A stretch of 10,928 bases of DNA, from NCBI RefSeq assembly GCF_006345805.1, contig NW_021827197.1:1-10928 (forward strand), written 5' to 3'. Made by a program: the position numbers and the translations under genes. This DNA comes from Octopus sinensis (lineage: Eukaryota). Below, piece by piece: positions 7,219 through 10,928 of this stretch (position 1 is the stretch's first letter; the number at the start of each line of letters is the position of its first letter). The notes under the pieces are model-generated. The model searched no databases and was not told the origin of the DNA. It saw only the letters and a program-made list of their open reading frames with translations.

Positions 7219-7364
7219 TGGAGGCGCGTGGCTTAGTGGTTAGGGTGTCAGCATCATGATCGTAAGATTGTGGTTTCGATTCCTGGACCGAGCGACGAGT
7301 TGTGTTCTTGAGCAAAACACTTCATTTCATGTTGCTCCAGTCCACTCAGCTGGCAAAAATGAGT
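7219..7364 (+). mobile_element. tRNA-derived SINE, family C, 5' part (3'-truncated)
   Basis: A-box TGGCTTAGTGG (7229-7239), B-box GGTTTCGATTCC (7272-7283), then CORE-like TGTGTTCTTGAGCAAAACACTT...CAGTCCACTCAGCTGGCAAAAATGAGT. Confidence 0.88.
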
Positions 7365-7427
7365 ATGTATGTATGTATGTATGTATGTATGTATGTATGT
7401 ATGTATGTATGTATGTATGTATGTATG
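7364..7427. repeat. (TATG)n microsatellite
   Basis: Read directly. Confidence 0.95.
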
Positions 7428-7576
7428 CTTGCATACATGTATATATGTGAGTGGTTGTGTGTGTGATGTACAGATGTACAGATAATATACACTGATGGAT
7501 TTCTAATGTACTGATGCTTAAATATTGCATTAAAGTGACATGTACTTTTACTTAATTACACCCATGCAGATTTAGC

Positions 7577-7618
7577 ACACACCAGCACACAATCACACAC
7601 ACACACACACACACACAT

Positions 7619-7670
<52 letters not shown>

Positions 7671-7784
7671 TATTTATATACATATACATATACATAGATA
7701 TGTATATACGTATATATATGCAAATACATACGCACGCACACTCGACATTCACTCACACAAAAACACACACACACACACACACCG

Positions 7785-7835
<51 letters not shown>

Positions 7836-7850
7836 GTACATTCACACAAA
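7577..7850. repeat. Compound (CA)n/(TA)n microsatellite tract
   Basis: Two (CA)n-then-(TA)n blocks read directly. Confidence 0.92.
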
Positions 7851-8214
7851 ATACCCACCATACGGATTCACCCACACTTCACAAACAGATCACTCGTACA
7901 CACTTTTTAAATCTAAACACTCCACGTACACACTTTCACACGCACCGCACACACTGATACACAAATAAAATTCAACATACACACTGGTATAGATAAATTA
8001 GCCGCAAATCTATCTCTGCGGTAGCACATTTCAACAAACGCAGACGAACTTCCGGTGTAAAGCGGCTGTAAAGCCTATACGCAGAGCGGTATAATAGGAT
8101 CGGATGTTGTTTTGATACGAGTATTAAGTATAAAGTATTCGGTTTCCGGTCTGATATAGTTTGAATAATCCAATGTCAGACTTGGAAATTTTTTATAATC
8201 TTCAGATTATATTT

Positions 8215-8223
8215 GTGTGTGTG

Positions 8224-8255
<32 letters not shown>

Positions 8256-8475
8256 TGTATGTATGTATGTATGTATGTATGTATGTATGTATGTATGTAT
8301 GTATGCGTGTATATGTGTATGTATGTATGTATGTATGTATGTATGTATGTATGTATGTATGTATGTATGTATGTATGTGTATATGTGTGTGCGTATGCAT
8401 GTAATTTTGTATGTTAGCTCATATACCTGTATGTATATAAGTGTATGCATGTATGCAAGCATGTATGCATGAATG

Positions 8476-8509
<34 letters not shown>

Positions 8510-8659
8510 TGTATGTATGTATGTATGCATGTATATATGTACCTGTGCGGGTATGTATATGTGTACGTATACGCGTGTATGTTCATATATTTGTATATAT
8601 GAACATGTATATATATATATATATTTATGTGTGTTTTGTGTGTGTGTGTGTGTGTGTGT
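8215..8659. repeat. Long compound (TATG)n/(TA)n/(TG)n tract
   Basis: Read directly; source of the many MYVC/HTYI pseudo-ORFs. Confidence 0.95.
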
Positions 8660-8671
8660 AAATCGCTGGTT

Positions 8672-8770
8672 CTCCGTCGTTCGACGATGAGGATAAAACT
8701 GTTCAATCAATTACTCGCTTTGAGCCAATGTCCACGTAGCAGAGTATGCCGCAGACAAATATACACACCC
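8672..8770 (-). mobile_element. Old diverged 3' fragment related to the SINE at 10729-10928
   Basis: CTCCGTCGTTCGACGATGAGG...GTAGCAGAGTATGCCGCAGACA vs CTCCGTCGGTTACGACGATGAGG...GTGGCTGAGCACTCCACAGACA at 10735-10831. Confidence 0.6.
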
Positions 8771-9085
8771 CACCGTAATTCTTACACACCCCCACCGTAT
8801 ATCTCCCAGTAAGACCACTGAATTAAGAAACCCTCACTCACTCACACACACACACACACACACATACACGCACGTGCAGAGTCTTCTACTAAACATTCTT
8901 CTTTATGGTTTTGAGTTACATATCCCAGCGCCCCATTAATTACGGATAAAAAAAATCTGAAATTGTAATCCGGGTGGAATAGCTGTAAACTTCTCTATAG
9001 TTCTGTATGGATGTTTTCTTTTTGACTCTTCTTTAAACTTTTTGCCGACATCCACTGGGTCACAGATTTCCAAAGTTTTAGATAA

Positions 9086-9197
9086 TTTACAACTGAGTAG
9101 GCCGGAACAACGTGAAATGAAGTGCCTTGCTCAAGCTCTCAATGCACTGCCTGGTGCCGGGATTAAAACTACTTTTATTATTATGAGTAGAAAACCT
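9086..9197 (-). mobile_element. SINE family C, diverged 5' part
   Basis: CAACTGAGTAGGCCGGAACAACGTGAAATGAAGTGCCTTGCTCAAG matches the reverse complement of 7307-7352. Confidence 0.75.
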
Positions 9198-9296
9198 GGC
9201 ATGTTTTGCTGTACCTGTTGCTTTTTTGTTGCTTTTACAGAAACAGGCATGTCCACCGCTGAAACATCTTCCATTATAGTTTTTTCCCGTTAGTGG

Positions 9297-9668
9297 ATTG
9301 TCACTCATAATTATGACCCTAGTATCGATCTATTGCATTTCAATCTGTTTTAGGGTTAAGGTTAGGGGTGGGGGGAAGAGTATCTTTTTTTCTTCACAAA
9401 TGTAAATAAACCCAATGTGTTTCTTAAACGAGGGACATATTCATACGGCAAGAATGTTTTTTTTTACCTCAATGGACGTCATTGATTGGTTGAAATTGCA
9501 GAAATTGAAAAAAAAAAAACAACAAATATCTTACAAACTATAGAATTTTCTCAATAAAGCCAAGAGAAAAAGATGTTTTATAAACACATTCTACCAGTAT
9601 ACGAAGTTTAAAATTTTTTAGTTACCTAGAAATTATGTTAAAAACTGCCGTTCAAACCGAAAAGATCC
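9297..9668. mobile_element. Non-autonomous DNA-transposon-like repeat with internal TTAGGG-like units; one end appears lost
   Basis: Ends in AAAAACTGCCGTTCAAACCGAAAAGATCC (9640-9668), which I recall as the terminal inverted repeat of an abundant octopus repeat (unverified). The partner TIR is not intact in this window. Confidence 0.5.
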
Positions 9669-10410
9669 AAATATTCCGTACAAGATAGTTTTTTACCAGC
9701 TTTTACGATTTTGTCATTTTATGTTTATTTCATTAATTCTTTGCTCCTCTTTCTCTCTCTCTCACACACACAAATCAGTCACATACGCCACGTGTATTTT
9801 TGTATATACATTTGTATACGTTTATGTATGTGTGCGAGAGAGAGCCAGAGAGAGAGAGAGAGTCAACCAGTCAAAGGATGTGTTGTCATGTATACGTAAA
9901 TACATAAATACATATGCATACATCTTTTTTGTATATATGTGTGCGCGCGCGTGAGCCAGAGTGAAAAGGAGAGAGAGAGTGATGTCCAAGTGGCACTCAC
10001 TTCATTGACTGAAGTATCAGTATCAGATTCTCCAAGGGAACTCTATAACCTTTTTGCACTTATACTGAACATGTGGAAGAATTTGCAACAGTCAGCATGT
10101 CTTTCTTCCTACTTCTGCCATAAAGCAGAGGGACCATGGTGTATCCCCACTATGGTGTAGTAAAACTTTCAGACCCTAGTCTAGATTGCGAATCCTCTGT
10201 ACCCCAGGATGGGTCAGCTCTCCAATCGGTAAAAAAAATCCACCGTTTACGGAATGAGGATAGCAACGTAGCTTTCGCGCCCGTGCAAACCGCCAGTCTA
10301 TCGCGTGTGGTTGGGTGGATCTTCAAGTTGCCACACACGCACTCATAGTAGCTTAGAGTAGGCTCGAATTAGAGATTATTCTTTGTGACTAATGGCGTGA
10401 GTCAGGATTG

Positions 10411-10498
10411 GAAGAAGAAGAAGAAGAAGAAGAAGAAGAAGAAGAAGAAGAAGAAGAAGAGAAGAAGAAGAAGAAGAAGAAGAAGAAGAAGAAGAAGA
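10411..10498. repeat. (GAA)n microsatellite with one interruption
   Basis: Read directly. Confidence 0.95.
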
Positions 10499-10576
10499 GA
10501 GCAGCAGAAGCAGCTTTCCTTACAGCAGAAGGGACTGATGTAAAGGAGTCTTGAGTACGTACGTTTTGGTTTTGCA

Positions 10577-10581
<5 letters not shown>

Positions 10582-10617
<36 letters not shown>

Positions 10618-10621
10618 AGGT

Positions 10622-10652
<31 letters not shown>
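10582..10652. repeat. (GA)n microsatellite
   Basis: Read directly. Confidence 0.95.
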
Positions 10653-10728
10653 AATTAACAGGGAATCGTGGTTTCGTGATGTATTACATATTGGTGAAAG
10701 CTAATTGATTCTAGCAACATATTTAAAA

Positions 10729-10928
10729 GGAGCACTCCGTCGGTTACGACGATGAGGGTCCCAGCTGACACGATCAACCGAACAGCTTGCTCGTGAAATT
10801 AACGTGCAAGTGGCTGAGCACTCCACAGACACGTGTACCCTTAACGTAGTTCTCAGGGAGATTCAGCGCGACACAGTGTTTTGACAAGGCTGGCCCTTTT
10901 TTGAAATACAGGTACAAACCATTTTGAC
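10729..10928 (-). mobile_element. SINE family C, 3' half (runs off the window)
   Basis: The last bases CCATTTTGAC resemble the reverse complement of GGCAAAAATGAG at the end of 7219-7364. The body has a diverged relative at 8672-8770 and matches an octopus SINE 3' region as I recall it. Confidence 0.75.

Noticed and set aside
7219-7295. Functional tRNA gene
   Set aside because: A and B boxes are present but there is no convincing cloverleaf, and it runs directly into a SINE body that recurs at 9086-9197.
207-8706. Many ORFs with PTYL, YIYI, HTHT, MYVC or HTYI runs
   Set aside because: They are translations of (TACC)n, (TA)n, (CA)n and (TATG)n, which lack stops in some frames; there is no coding signal.
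9350-9375. True or interstitial telomere array
   Set aside because: Only three units, one of them variant, embedded in a dispersed-repeat-like sequence.
9797-9981. Loose direct repeat TTTTTGTATATA..TGTGTGCG..GAGCCAGAG..(GA)n, twice
   Set aside because: Mostly low-complexity; likely a local slippage duplication with no further signal.
10389-10577. Poly-F/poly-S ORF on the minus strand, or poly-E on the plus strand
   Set aside because: It is a translation of the (GAA)n microsatellite with no supporting exon structure.

Overview
Eukaryotic, AT-rich, microsatellite-dense non-coding DNA (intronic or intergenic). The SINE families look like those I recall from octopus genomes; this is recognition from memory, not a database result. 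I can support no intact protein-coding gene, and most ORFs in the track are translated microsatellites. The window is a pile of transposon relics: three tRNA-headed SINE families (here called A, B, C; B forms a head-to-tail cluster), a BovB-like RTE LINE 3' end, two zinc-finger-bearing RTE-type 3' ends inside (TATG)n, and two decayed Tc1/mariner transposase fragments (mariner-like and DD37D/maT-like). It also holds a DNA-transposon-like repeat, a ~31-bp minisatellite and a ~190-bp direct duplication. The least-explained signals are two long foldbacks beside microsatellites and three degenerate hammerhead-ribozyme-like motifs, which together suggest Penelope-like retroelement relics. I see no evidence for a new multi-gene system.
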